Source: Rhina ancylostomus (taxonomy: Eukaryota). From it: a stretch of 64,000 nucleotides of DNA. Location of the stretch: positions 19,588,768-19,652,767 of the forward strand of contig JARFYF010000017.1 in assembly GCA_030265395.1 (NCBI GenBank). Reading direction: 5' to 3'. Of the stretch, positions 37,943 through 50,465 are shown piece after piece. Both the position numbers and the translations under genes were made by a program. Numbering within the stretch: position 1 is the stretch's first letter; every line of letters begins with the position of its first letter. The notes beneath the pieces were generated by a model that saw nothing but the letters and a program-made list of their open reading frames with translations, had not been told where the DNA came from and ran no database searches.

Positions 37943-40056
37943 GGGTGGGACTTGTTGATTTTCACCCTTTTGAGGAGAATGCAAGTCAAACATGGGTGTA
38001 AAGTTCAGTGCATCTGCCTGTGACAGCTCTGCCCTCCTATTGCCAAAATTACTAATTTCATTTGTAAAATGATTGGTTTTTGGGCCATTTTAGATTTTAT
38101 CCACTTATATAAATAAGATGACATCAGTATTATTTTTTTAGAAATCCAGGTAAATGTAGTTGCTGTCTGTTTGCTGTATTTTAAACCTCCTGTATGAACT
38201 TGTAACACTGACACTCTGCTGCCAGTAGAGGCATTGGAACACCATGGCAATCAGATGTCTAAAATTATAGCCTTATGGTTTTACAAAGGCATTTCCTGTT
38301 ACAAATGTGGGTGTCAGGAATTTACAATAAAACATGAAAGTACAGAGACAGTGTATGACTTTAAAATGGGGACTAAATTACATCTGCCTGGTTTTGTTCA
38401 ATTACTCCCCCAGCCTCTGCTGCTAAAGTCCCTGAAAATCACATGTGATCCTAACTACAGAGAGTGAAATCCAAATGCCAGGGACAAGGAATGGTCATAA
38501 GCTGATTTCCTAGTCTTTATAATTAAGCCAGGTGTCCAACAAGCAGTCAAGCTGCTGTCAATCACTCTACTTGCTTTGCCCACACCCACTCCCTCCCCAC
38601 ACCCATCATAGAAGTTGAACTTCATCCCATCCTCACCCCAATATGTGAAGTCCATTGGCAGTTGACTTCTTGCTTAACAAACTGAAAACAGGGAGACAAA
38701 AAAGGCTTATAGGGCAGTGTTTTCTAAAATTAGTAAATAATTCACCAGAAAACCCACAGAAAATGTTACCGCTTCTCCATCGTTTGCTGCCACACCGTGA
38801 TGGTATTTCTCCATCAGCTACTTTTGTTTCTGACTGAATATACCAATCCCTTTATGTTGAACTGTTGGTGAAGAGAGGAGGTACAGTTGTGGGTAGTTGC
38901 TGGATACTTTCAAGTTTATCTGGGCTGGTGTGGTCTGCCGTAATTGAGATTGATTGGATGTTATTTTTCCTCTTGCAAATGTAATCCATTAGTTTGGCAC
39001 ATGCATAATCAGTTTAGAGCTCAGTTAACTGGATGTAATCTAGTTCTTCAATGTCTGTTGTAGCAAATCTGCTCCAGATGCCAGTTACAGAGTGAGTGCG
39101 AGCATAGGTCCTATCGCAGATGAAATCTCTAATGTACTCCTTCTCCCTTTTCCTGCAGTCTGCATTGGCTGAAGTTGGCTTACTCTGTTTATTCATATTT
39201 GTAACCAATTCAATTCAAGTTGTTGGGCTGCAGAGCTCCCCCAGCTTAAATGATAATATTCCTTATGAAAACCTATCTTTTGAAAGTTGCCATATATATA
39301 TATATCTCACACAAGGAATGGTTAAACACTAGCAAGGAGGGTTGTGTCTAATTAACATACATTCCCTGGCACAGAGTAGCAAAATGGTATAAATCTTCTA
39401 ATTCTATTACCTGTTTAACCCTTAGAGATTTCTTTCAAAGTGGAATTCACTTAGGTTGAGGCCAGTGTTTCTGAATTATTCCAGACAAGAAAAAGTTTTA
39501 ATGTAGTATCCTAACTCAGCTGTATTTCCACCCAACCTTTCTTCATCAATCCTGGGTTAAAATTTTTTAGTAAGTGGTTGGTTTCCATTGCTATACAAAA
39601 GCCAAATTGTGCATGTCTTATCTATACCTTTCAGTCTCCTACAGTTTAAACAAAAAAAAGTCCATGCAAAATCTCTTCTGTTACCTGAAGAATTAATAAA
39701 GTATAGAAGGCTTTGTGGTCTGAAAGGGTTAGTGTGTAGGATTCGCAATACTGTGGCAAATAGCCCCTGAAGTACATATGATGGACACACAATACGGTTG
39801 TTGTTCTTCTTCATTGAAACAATATTGCATTTTAATTTTACCGGTATCTTGTCAGGTTAAGTGTTTTTGGGGAGGTAGGAGCAAAGATTTATTTTAAAAT
39901 GTTACCTCTGTGCTGCTGAAGTCACCATGTGTTTATATGCTATATATTTTTCTGCACAGTGAGTTGCTTTATAGACAATCAAATAAATACATGTTAGCAA
40001 TGAAATATAAGGGAAATGGGGTTGCTATAAGAATCTGCTCAGATATGGTAGGCAAA

Positions 40057-40150
40057 AAAAAGGACACATGATATTTCTACCTAAACATAAATATATCCTC
40101 TCCTTGGAGGATATATTTATGTTTAGGTAGAAATATCATGTGTCCTTTTT
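40057..40150. repeat. Perfect inverted repeat, 44-bp arms with 6-nt spacer
   Basis: 40057-40100 AAAAAGGACACATGATATTTCTACCTAAACATAAATATATCCTC is the exact reverse complement of 40107-40150; spacer TCCTTG. Confidence 0.97.
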
Positions 40151-41502
40151 CCAGAGGGTCTTTGCACAGTGAAAAGGGTGTTGATACAGGCGGCATTCGT
40201 TGTGCAGCAGACAGGTACAGCTCATCACCAGGAATGTAATAATTGCTTTTGTTACATCAAAGGCTTGAATGTGACCTGACAGGCTTGCGTGATGCCCCAG
40301 GTCTACATTGAACCTATTGATTAAATGAGTTACAGGCTCAGATCAGGGATTTTTCACAATCAAGAAATTTCAGCTGAATTAAATACAATATATCAATAGC
40401 AAGTTACAGCTGTTTCCATTCAAAATGCTTAACCCGACAAGCGGCTGGCCAAAATGAAAATGTGATAATGTTTCTATCAAAAAGAACAATAATGGTTATT
40501 GTGTGTCTATCGTGTGTATTTCAGCAGCTACTTGCCACGATATTGTGCATTCTACGATTACACACTAACACTTTTGGACCACAAAGTCTACATTAAAGAC
40601 TTAAAAATAAAACCTTCTTGCAGTAGCAACCATTATAATGGCTCTCACACATGTGAAAGAGCCTCAGTAAGTCTCCATCAGTTCTGTGATATTAAGTTCC
40701 TTGGGGGTTTTAGTATAAACTTTCAACCACATTCTGCCTTAACACCTTGCAGATTAGAACCATTAGGTCAGTGTTTCTCGCTCTTTTGTATACAGGGCTC
40801 ACTCTGACTGACCTGACCCTAGACCTGGGCTCACAATATGCACATGGATTGAATACAGATTTTAAAATGTTGCTTGTTTTTCCCCCATCATTTTGGTATC
40901 CCACAGGTCTTGCTGTCAAAATTCATGGATGAGCCTGGGGCCAGATGCTGAGAAATTCTACATTGCTTGATTTGGAAACACACCCTGCATTGCCCAGTAG
41001 TGTTTCTGCCATAGTAATATTATAATTCTTGTCCTTGGAATTAGGTGAAGGGCAACCATAAAAGACTCAAAAGCTTTGCAAGTATTGTAAGTTTTTGATT
41101 GTGAAAAGCCAAGTCCAGTGTATTCAAGACAGCATTCCCGAAGTTTCAGGACCAATAGTATGAATGGAAAAGTTTAAAAACAAAGCTTGTTGCAATACTG
41201 CTTAGGGTTGGTTTATTGCAATAGAGTTGACATCAGGACCAGTGGGACCATTTTCATGGTGGGTTGCTAAAAGCCATTTATTATGTTGCCCGTTTCATTT
41301 CGTGGCACTTGCAATTGTTTCACATCGCGGGGGTGCAGGGGGGCTGCACCACTCATCACACTCCTGATTTTCACATCTTTGCTTAACATAAATGTCATGA
41401 AAGCATTTTGAAGAAATACTTTTAATGGAAATATTTGGTGAATAACACCTTTACCATTGAGTTCTTAACTTGCTTCTTCGTCATAAACTTTGTGGAATAT
41501 TA

Positions 41503-42955
41503 ATGGAACTGAAAGGAGACAAATCCCCAGAAGTAAATGACTGTCAACTCAGGATTTTGAAGGAGAGAGCCATGGATACACCTACTGTCACCTTTCATAA
41601 TTCTGTGGATTTCTAGTCTGGTTCCAACAGATTGGAAGATAGAAAATCCAACCCCATTATCTAACAAAGTAAGAAGCAAGAAAACAGGGAACTGTAGACC
41701 AATTAACCCAACATCAGAAGTAGGAGAAATGCTGGATTCTATTAATAAGGATGTGGTAACATTTAGAAAATAATAACAGGTTTGGGGAGAGTTAATGCAG
41801 ATTTATTAAAAGGGAATCAAGTTCAACAAATTTATTGGAGTTTTTTTTGCATTTATAACTAGCAGAGTACATAACAGCAAACCATTTGATACTTATTAGA
41901 ATTTTCAGAAAGCCTTCAATAGGGTGCCACAGGAGAGATTATGCAACACAATTAGAGTGCATGGAGGTCACGCAATATATGCCATGGATAAAGGATTAGT
42001 CAATGAACAGAAAAGAGAGAGTAGAAATAAACAGGGCGTTTTCAGGTTGGGAGGCTGGGCGGTGCCACAGTGATTGGTGCTGGGGCTCCAGCTGCTCATG
42101 GGCTATATCAGTTATTTCAATGAGGAGATTAAATGTAGTGTATCCACGTTTACTGATAATACAGAGCAGGGTGGCAGTGTGGGCTATGACAAGGATGCAA
42201 AGAGGCTTCAGGAGAATATTGGATTGAATATAATGTGGAAAAATGTGAGGTCATCCACTTCAGAAGAAAAATTGAAGCATAGAGTATTGGGGAAAGATTG
42301 AAAAGTGCCGGTGTTCAGAAAGGCCTGGGTGTCCTGGTAAATGAGTCTTTGGAAAATAACATGCAGTTATAACAAGCATTGAGGAAGGGAAATGGAATAG
42401 TTGCCATGATGGCAAGAGGAATGAAGTACAAGATTGGAGACATTTAGCTCCAATTATATAAGGCTGCAGTGAGGCCAGATTTTGAATATTGTGCACACTT
42501 CTTGTCTCCCTACCTAAGGAAAGGTATGCTTGGGATTCAGGGAGTGCAGCAAAGATTCACCAGGTTGATTCCAGGGATGAGAGACTGAATCTCCACTCTC
42601 TTGAGTTTAGAAGAGTGATTGGTGATCTCAAATCCAGTAGGTGTGGATTTGATGTTTTCCTTGGCAGGGGAGTCTAGAACCAGTGTTACAGTATCAAAGT
42701 AAGAGGATGACCATTCAGGACTGAGAAGAGGAGAAATTCCTTCACAATATTTTGGAATTCTCTGCTTAAGAAGGCCGTGGAGTCTGTCACTGAGTACGTT
42801 TAAGACAGAGATTTTTAGATTGTAGGGGAATTGAAGGATACAAGATCAGTGCTGAAAAGTGGTGCTGAAGCAAAATAATTAATCATGGTCTTATAGAATG
42901 GAGCAAGCAGAGGGGTTGAATGGCTACATACTGCTTCTACTTCATATACTCTTAC
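41503..42955 (+). mobile_element. Degenerate CR1 LINE, RT domain through 3' end
   Basis: Remnants of KSPG.D (aaatccccagaa), GNYRP (gggaactgtagacca), S..TNLLEFF, DFQKAF..VPH.RL (gaattttcagaaagccttcaatagggtgccacaggagagatta), G.PQG.VLG, FADDT (tttactgataataca), and a terminal motif near 42910-42955; many frameshifts. Confidence 0.9.
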
Positions 42956-45271
42956 ACTGTACAACTATGCAGCAGTGTGAGAGCTGTACTTCCAGCCATT
43001 GCTAGATCTGTGTGACAGTAGCGCATTGAATGTCATTACTTCTTATCTGGGACTGGGTTTGGACTGTGAATATGGTGATACAGCAGACTCAATAACCTAG
43101 AAGGTAAGGCAGCTGGATAATTCTTTCAGTCCCATAAGGTGAATCAGGAAGTTATTGGAATGCTGCTGCAGTGTTAAATGTGGGCAATGGAGGAAATATT
43201 ATTTTCTTAAAATGGTTGTCATTGAAAATAAAGTAGTGATTAATACATCTTGCAACATTGACGATTGTGTGGTAATCCTGCCCATTATTTGACATAATCT
43301 GAAAAATGGACACAGTCCACACATTGCATGAAAGCCAAAACCTTTTCACAAGTTCAGCTTATTTCTATAAAAAAAAACTTTTGTTCAGATGGCTTCATCT
43401 TCCATGGCAAGGCATCTTAACTTCATAATATGATCAGCGGTGCAAAAAGTTCCTCATTGAAGTAACCTTTTTGTTTTATCTGTTGTTTAGCGATAAACTG
43501 TTATGTATTGATGGACTTGTGCCAAAAATGAAATAAGCATCTTATCATTTCTTAGCCCCTAACCTCTGATAACTTCCACAAACAGTTGCTTTTCTGTATA
43601 TTTTATTTAAAAGAGTACAAAGTTTGAATCAGAAATGCATTAACTTAAAGAGATTTTTTTAAAAACTTAGTCCCAACTTTCCAGTATGCAATATTTATTC
43701 TTTAGACAAACCAGTTCTATCCTGCAAACTATAAACTGCATTTAAACTTGAAAGTCTATGCTCCCTTTCAAAATAAAATAATAAAAGAAGGAAGAATATT
43801 TAATTGGGCAACTGCTTGGTGGAATTCTCCCTCTATATGAAACTATTAACTAAATTCTAAAAATCAACAACCAATAACTGTAATAAAGGTGCTTTGTCCT
43901 AATCTTAATATGAAAATACTGTAGCAAGAATGAAATGAGCTGCATTGTTTTTGTTTAATGCAGTGATGGTACTCAAACTATCCTTGCAAGTGACACCTTC
44001 ACACAAACACAATGGTTAGTCTGAGGATGAGGTCATTGACTAATAATTGGAACTTTGTTGAGAATATACTTTAATTAGCGAGCGGATGCACTACACTCAT
44101 AAATTAATGATTTGTCTGTCTAATTCTTATTGTCGGCATTCTTTAGTCTCTTTGGAACCTGAGCTGTGAAAGAGGAGAGAGAGCAGCTTAGTGGTCTGCC
44201 AGTATCATTACACGTCAACACAGATCCGGAGGTGAATGTCTAGACATTATTCTAAGGCACGTATATGGTACTTTAAAGGTAGCTTCAGGGTGTGTTTGGG
44301 AGATTAGCCTCTTTAACATCCCCAGTTTTATCAGAATATCAGTTTAAAGTGGGAGGGGTTAATTCTTTGTTTACTCTTTGTTTGGATTTTTCCAGATTTC
44401 ACTAGATAAGATGCATCTTGCAGCTCAACTCAAGGCTGATGTAAAATATTTTAAAGGGACAGTGCTGTATTTGGTGTGCTCTAATAGTATGCTTTTTAAC
44501 ATTTTCTTTCTGTTTGATGCCCTGATATCTCTTTTTGTGAGCATTAGTAAATAAATGGCTGGTTTGGAGAGGAGGTAATAATTGGGTCTTGATGATATCA
44601 ATGCAGGAGCAAAGCTTGAGGCCAGGAATACATATTTATTCATGGTGGCTATAAATTTCTAACAACTTAACAGTTTTTTCAAAATGCCTCTGAACTTTGT
44701 GATGTGACTCTGGAGAAGCTATGTTAAAACCCTTTGAAGAAAATGTAAAGGAAAAGCAGACACATGACTACTGTGTGCTTATCGTGGCTTTGTAGAGTGT
44801 TGTTTGTATTATTGATTGGATTAGCCCAAGTTTAGGCTTTAGAAATACAGAGTGCCCCAACCCCAGTTTATGTCCTATACCATGGATTGTGAGGAGCCCA
44901 AATGTAGATAGATGTATAGCTTTGAAATTGCCTAAAACGTAAGAAGCAGTCAGCTTGAAATGTAACGCTAACAACACATTTTGAAATCAAAATGAAGTTG
45001 AGAGATTGACCTTAAAGCTGAAAACTATGTTTGCTCCCAGTGAACAGGATAATAAAGAAAGAAGGTTAGTTGACTCCATTCCAGAAAAGATAGTTTTGTT
45101 TTTCTACTAATTAAAATACATTTTCCTGTTAATCTACTGCCAGAAAACTCCCATATTACTGCTTTTCATGACTCAGGCTTTCATGACCCACATCACCACA
45201 TTGGCAATAGCATGCCATGCCTAGTGTGTTTTGAATATCACATTACATTAAGAAAACTTATAAACAATGTT

Positions 45272-45296
45272 ACACACACACACACACACACACACA
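45272..45296. repeat. (AC)n microsatellite
   Basis: Seen directly. Confidence 0.95.
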
Positions 45297-45924
45297 TGCA
45301 CATATATGGTGAAAACATTTTATATCAAACAGCTGAAAGCTTAAATGAAAGTATAATCTGAAAGTTCACAAAGCCATTGAGTTTTATTTGTTGGCAGTAT
45401 AAAATCAGCTCTATTGCTGAATTGAACCGTGTAGCTCCATGCCAGTTCTGTATTGTTAATTTTAGTGCATGTGTTACTTTTATTTTAATTCCCTTTGAAC
45501 AATTGATAAATGCAATTCCAGCAATGAGAATTCAGCAGTTGGCTCAGTTAATATNNNNNNNNNNNNNNNNNNNNNNNAAGTAACATCTTGTTTTTATTCA
45601 AAATAAGTCCTTTGCAGAAGAGTTATCTAAAATTGGATGCAAGTACAAAATACAAATGTGGATCTTGTGTGATAGAGTTAATCACTGAATCTGAAAGCTA
45701 ATAGATGGAACATGATATTTAGGGTTTCTATGTTTTTCTTTTCCATGTAAGATTTTAATGCAGCAGGTGGAAGATCCCCACTGTTTACTCTTTGTAACAA
45801 AATATTAAGCAAGATATAAAAAGTTCATTGAGGCTAACTGTACGTATGTGTGTAAAAAGAAATCTTGCTACCAAATATCAATTGCTATTGCAATCTCTAA
45901 AAGAAACATATTGAAGTATTTTAA

Positions 45925-46042
45925 AAAAACTGCAGATGCTGGAAATCTGAAATAAAAACAAAATGCTGAAAACTCTCAGTAGGTTAGGCAGCACCTGTGG
46001 AAAGAGAAAAACAGTTCAGGTTGAAAACCCTTAATCAGAACT
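45925..46042. mobile_element. Abundant chondrichthyan short repeat (Penelope-like element terminal segment)
   Basis: 'aactgcagatgctggaaatctgaaataaaaacaaaatgctgaaaactctcagtaggttaggcagcacctgtggaaagaga...ttcaggttgaaaacccttaatcagaact', recognised from recalled shark/ray repeats; class tentative. Confidence 0.6.
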
Positions 46043-49000
46043 ATTAAACAGACGCATTTAAGGAAACTAAGATTTAAGTGTACTTCTGTTTTAGGAGCAC
46101 TTTTCATAGTTATACAACTGCCTCAGAAGAATAAATGGAAATAATCCCTTGACTGAATTACTTGGTTTCCTTAAAGAGTGAAAAATAACTAAACAAAATC
46201 ACTGGTTTCTATCAGAAAATGTTTTAATAAATTGTGACTTTGCATAAATGTCTAACTTTTTGGAGACTAATTTAATTTTATAATCTACTAATTTGTTTCC
46301 AGCTAATTTACATTGCTCTTGAGCCTTAAGATAAAGGGCTAACCATTGGTCTTTGAAGTAAAAAAACAAGAAGAAGGCTGATTGTTCAAAATCCTGCTGT
46401 TTTGATATAATGCTAACACACTTGATGTAATTTGTGGACCTTTTCTAAAACTTTATTTCTGGTGTGCTGATGGTGTAGTTCACATGTAAATAGATGCTAA
46501 CTTTTGTGGACGTTGTTGTAATGAAGGTGATTATTGAATTTTAAGCCTTTTTTTGTTGAGCTTTCAAATTCTATCATTGATTTCAGTGCCTTTGAGCAAG
46601 ATTTTCACAGCATATGTGGTGTTATTTTCATCACAGTGGAGATAAACAAAATATCATTGCTATTCAGTGAGGTACAGAAGGGCATAACATTAAACACTTT
46701 TTGTCTTTTTGGTCTATGTGTCTTATCTGAATCTTAAGAAATCTGCTTGTAAATTGTAAGTGTGTCTCCTTCAGTTTTTGTTTTAATTACTCTGCATCTT
46801 TGAATGGTCAGTAAATAGTCACATTTTGACCAGTCTGATATACCCATTGGCTTGAGATATCACAAGACTTTCTTTAAATAAAATGTAATGGAGGAGGAAA
46901 ATATTCCACAACATAGGTAAAGCCAACAAAGCAACTGCATGTCCCCTTTAAAAATATTCATACATCTGAACTAGTTCCTGACTAGATGTGGAGTCAATAA
47001 TAATCAGTGAAATGATAGTGCAGACATGGAATGGCTGATTTACATGCCTGATGATTGTCCACTGTGCTCTTCTGGAAAGTCATTGGATGAACATTGGATT
47101 AGAGATAGCTATGATGTCCTGGGTGATCCAAAAAATGTACTGTTTCCATTGTCCAGTGAAGCAGATGAAGAATAAGTCAAAGTAGCATGTGGCTCCAAGA
47201 ACCTTTGGAACTATACCTTCACAGAAGCCATTGTAGTTAGAACAATGAAAAATCATCACTGCCTTTTGGGAAGGAAGGAGAAGCATTGGGAAAATGGAAA
47301 TCAAAGGCAGTGATGGAGAAAGAATAAGCAACTGTGAACACATTCCTTCAGAGCGAGAAGTAGAGAGCAGGGAGCAGTATTCCTACAGAATCAGTAGACG
47401 TGGCATTTTGTTCATCAAGACCATTTTGGCAAGTAGCAGAGTGAGGTGAGAAAGTCTGCTCCTTTTATAATGCATCCTGTTTTACTTCGCTTAGTTAGGT
47501 CTTGAATTCCATAGTTAGAAGAAAACACTGTTTGTTATCTTCTATCTGGTAGGATAGCTAGTGGGTGAATGAAGTCATGCCACAGTTCCTTTGAAAATAA
47601 TTTTTCTGTGCAAGGAAAAGCCATTGTGTCGTACAGATTGTGCACTCTCACCCTCTTACTGTTGGTCAATCGTTATTCTTGGAGGCAAGTTTATAACACT
47701 GGTTCATGTGCATAACAGCTGTATGGAATGTGATCTGCCCATTAATCTCTCATTTGTCCCCCATTTTTTTTTAGCAACAGGATAACAGTGAAATGCTACA
47801 GATGTAAAAGAAATAGAATATCACATATGTAGCTGAGGATTGGAAATTATACTTCACCACTAAGAAGGGTCTCCCACCTCCCTTTAAACCTCAGACAAGA
47901 CCATACCATTAGTTTGTTTTGTACTGATTAGCATCAAGTTAGTTAAGAAAGACAAAGAGGGAAGTTAAAAGCAGTACTACAGCACCTTTAAAAGGAGGGG
48001 AAATAGGGAAATATGTATTTAAATCCTGAAAGAACTAACAATGAAATATTTCTGTATCACTTATTTCCATCTTCATCCAAGGCAGTTCCAAATATTTCCA
48101 TGTTGATTAATTTCTTTCCTTTTTTTCCTTGGTCTGGGGATTGTGTGTCCTTGGAATGAATTAGACCTTTCTCATGTAATACTAACAATTTTTTGCTTAA
48201 TTGTTGGCTGCTTTCGCTCTGCATGCCTGCAGTCTATAAATCACCTGCCATTGTGCACTCATGTTTTCTCCATTTTCGTTCCTAGGCAGCCGAGAAGTGT
48301 TTGAAGATTACATCCTTTTGTAATAAAGCTCTCCTGTGGTAGAAAGATTGTCATCTGGTTTTCATTGTTGCTCTGGAAAATATCCTTCACACCTTGTTTT
48401 CTCATCAAGAAATATTCTTTTAAATATTTTTTTAAATGAATACAGTACCTTTATAGGAACCATGTGATTTGATTTAAGAGAGGAGGTCATTAAAATTGCA
48501 GGTAAGCAGAAGGGGGTTTGTGAATTCCTCTTTTTTCACAGACGCAGATGGTTGAAAAAGGTCAGACAACTCTCACTTCAGTGGTTTCACACATTTGCAT
48601 TTTATAAAAGCAGCAGGTTACTGTACAGTAAGCACTATAGTCAGATATATAAATAATGTTTACACTTCCATTGGATAAAGGAATACCATCACCTTGCTAG
48701 ACCACTTTAACTCTTTAAAGACATCATCCTAATTTACCTATTCCTCTTTTGGCAATGTCTCCCTTTCTCAAGGCTAAGACAGTGCTGACTTTCACAATGC
48801 CTTGAATGCTATTCAGGCTGTAGATCTTTATATCCCAGTTGTCACTGTACAAACTTGTGTTGAAGTTCTATTTAATCTCTTTATCACATTAATACTTGAA
48901 TTGAAGCTCTGCAGTTTGGCTGAAGTTTGTTTTATTTGGTTTAAACTGGGCAGAGCAGCATATGGCATTTAACAAAACAACCAGAATTGATGATCCAACA

Positions 49001-49146
49001 GCTAGTTTCAATAGTATCAATAAAATTTTGAAAAAAGTTGTGGATATTTAATGGTCATTAATGTACTGCTTCCTTTGGTGAAATTGAATGTCATAAGGAC
49101 TGGAAGGTGAGGATTGCCAATGCGAAGCAGCGGCATAAATTCAAGG

Positions 49147-49465
49147 TAAGACATACAGCTAGTAGAGCTACTGCCTCACAGCTCCAGTGACCCGGATTCA
49201 ATCCTGACTATAGCAGTGTCTTTGTGGAACTTGTACATTCTCTGTGTGACCATATGGGTTTCCTCTCACATCCCAGTGGCATGTGGGTTGGTAAATCAAC
49301 TGGCTATTGTAAATTGCCGCTTGTGTGCAGTTTAGTAGCAGGACCTAGGGGGAATGTGGGGCAAATTAAATGGGATTAGCATAGGATGAGTGTGGATGGG
49401 TGCTTGGTGGTTGGCGCACCCTTGATGTGCTGTAAGGCCTGTTTCTGTGCTGTATAACTCAAGCT
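49147..49465 (+). mobile_element. V-SINE with CR1-like tail (HE1-like), diverged
   Basis: 'cagctagtagagctactgcctcacagctccagtgacccggattcaatcctgac...tgtggaacttgtacattctc...tgggtttcctc...aaggcctgtttctgtgctgtataactc'; same family as 63174-63525. Confidence 0.8.
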
Positions 49466-50059
49466 CAATGATTGTGCCATATATCTAATACTCAATATTC
49501 CTGTCAAAGACTACAATTAAAAATCTGCAGCACTTTTCCATGCTTAACAGCATGAAGGTTCTTTGTCTTAAAAAGCTCTTTAGATTGACTGAACTCTTCT
49601 GTTTAGGGGCAGAAGATGGTTCTCTGAGGGGCCATACATATTAGCACAAGTTCTAGGATACCGGTAATGCCACTTGTTAATGGGATTGTTAATAACAGGC
49701 TGTGGTGATGGACAGCTCCATGGGGGTTGGTGGTTGATGAGTGTTGGGTTATTGAAGAGCAAGTAAGAAAGGAGCAATGTCAGGAGGAATGCAAGGTGAA
49801 GTTAGTCCATGTGAGGCAGGGGTATGAATTTTACTTTCAGGCACTGTAGTTATAGGTTTGCAGTGCAGTTTTAGGATGTGTGTTGTACTTACTGTGCCCT
49901 TCATTTGCTGTACTTTTAATTTCCAGAGTACTATGAGGAGAAACCACTAAAGAGCACTGACACTTTATTGCATTTTAGGTGGTACACCCGTCATTGTTGA
50001 CTTCCACTTCACAGTTCAGTTCCCAGTGTCAATTGTGGCTCTTTTGATTGCTCACTTTT

Positions 50060-50465
50060 AGGTTCTGGGGTGCAAGTCTCACTTAAAGTGAGCACAAAAA
50101 TGTAGCTTGGCATTGCACTGTATCATTGACAGTGCTGCACTATTAGAAATGTATCTTTCTGAGAAGACTTTGACCTGAGGATACATTTGCTCTCTCAGGT
50201 GGATGTTTAAGTTCCTATGTGGTATTTTAAGGATAGCGAGGGCAATCTCCCTGAAGTCCTGGCTAATTTTCACCCCTCACTCAACTTCACTAAAAGAAAA
50301 TCCTTTCATTATTATATTTGCAGTGGGAGCTTGCTGTGTGCAAATTTGCTGCAGTGTTTCCAACATTCCAACTGACTACACTTCAAAAACAACACTTCAT
50401 TAGTTGTGAAGTGCTTTGGGGCCTCCTGAGGTTGTAAACAATGCTATATTAGTGCAAGTCATTTA
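50060..50465 (+). mobile_element. Deu-domain SINE (SacSINE1/AmnSINE1-related), best-preserved copy in the window
   Basis: 'agtgctgcact...ctctcaggtggatgtttaagttcc...gtcctggctaatttt...gtgggagcttgctgtgtgcaaatttgctgc' and L2-like tail 'tgtgaagtgctttggggcctcctgaggttgtaaacaatgctatattagtgcaagtc'. Confidence 0.8.
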
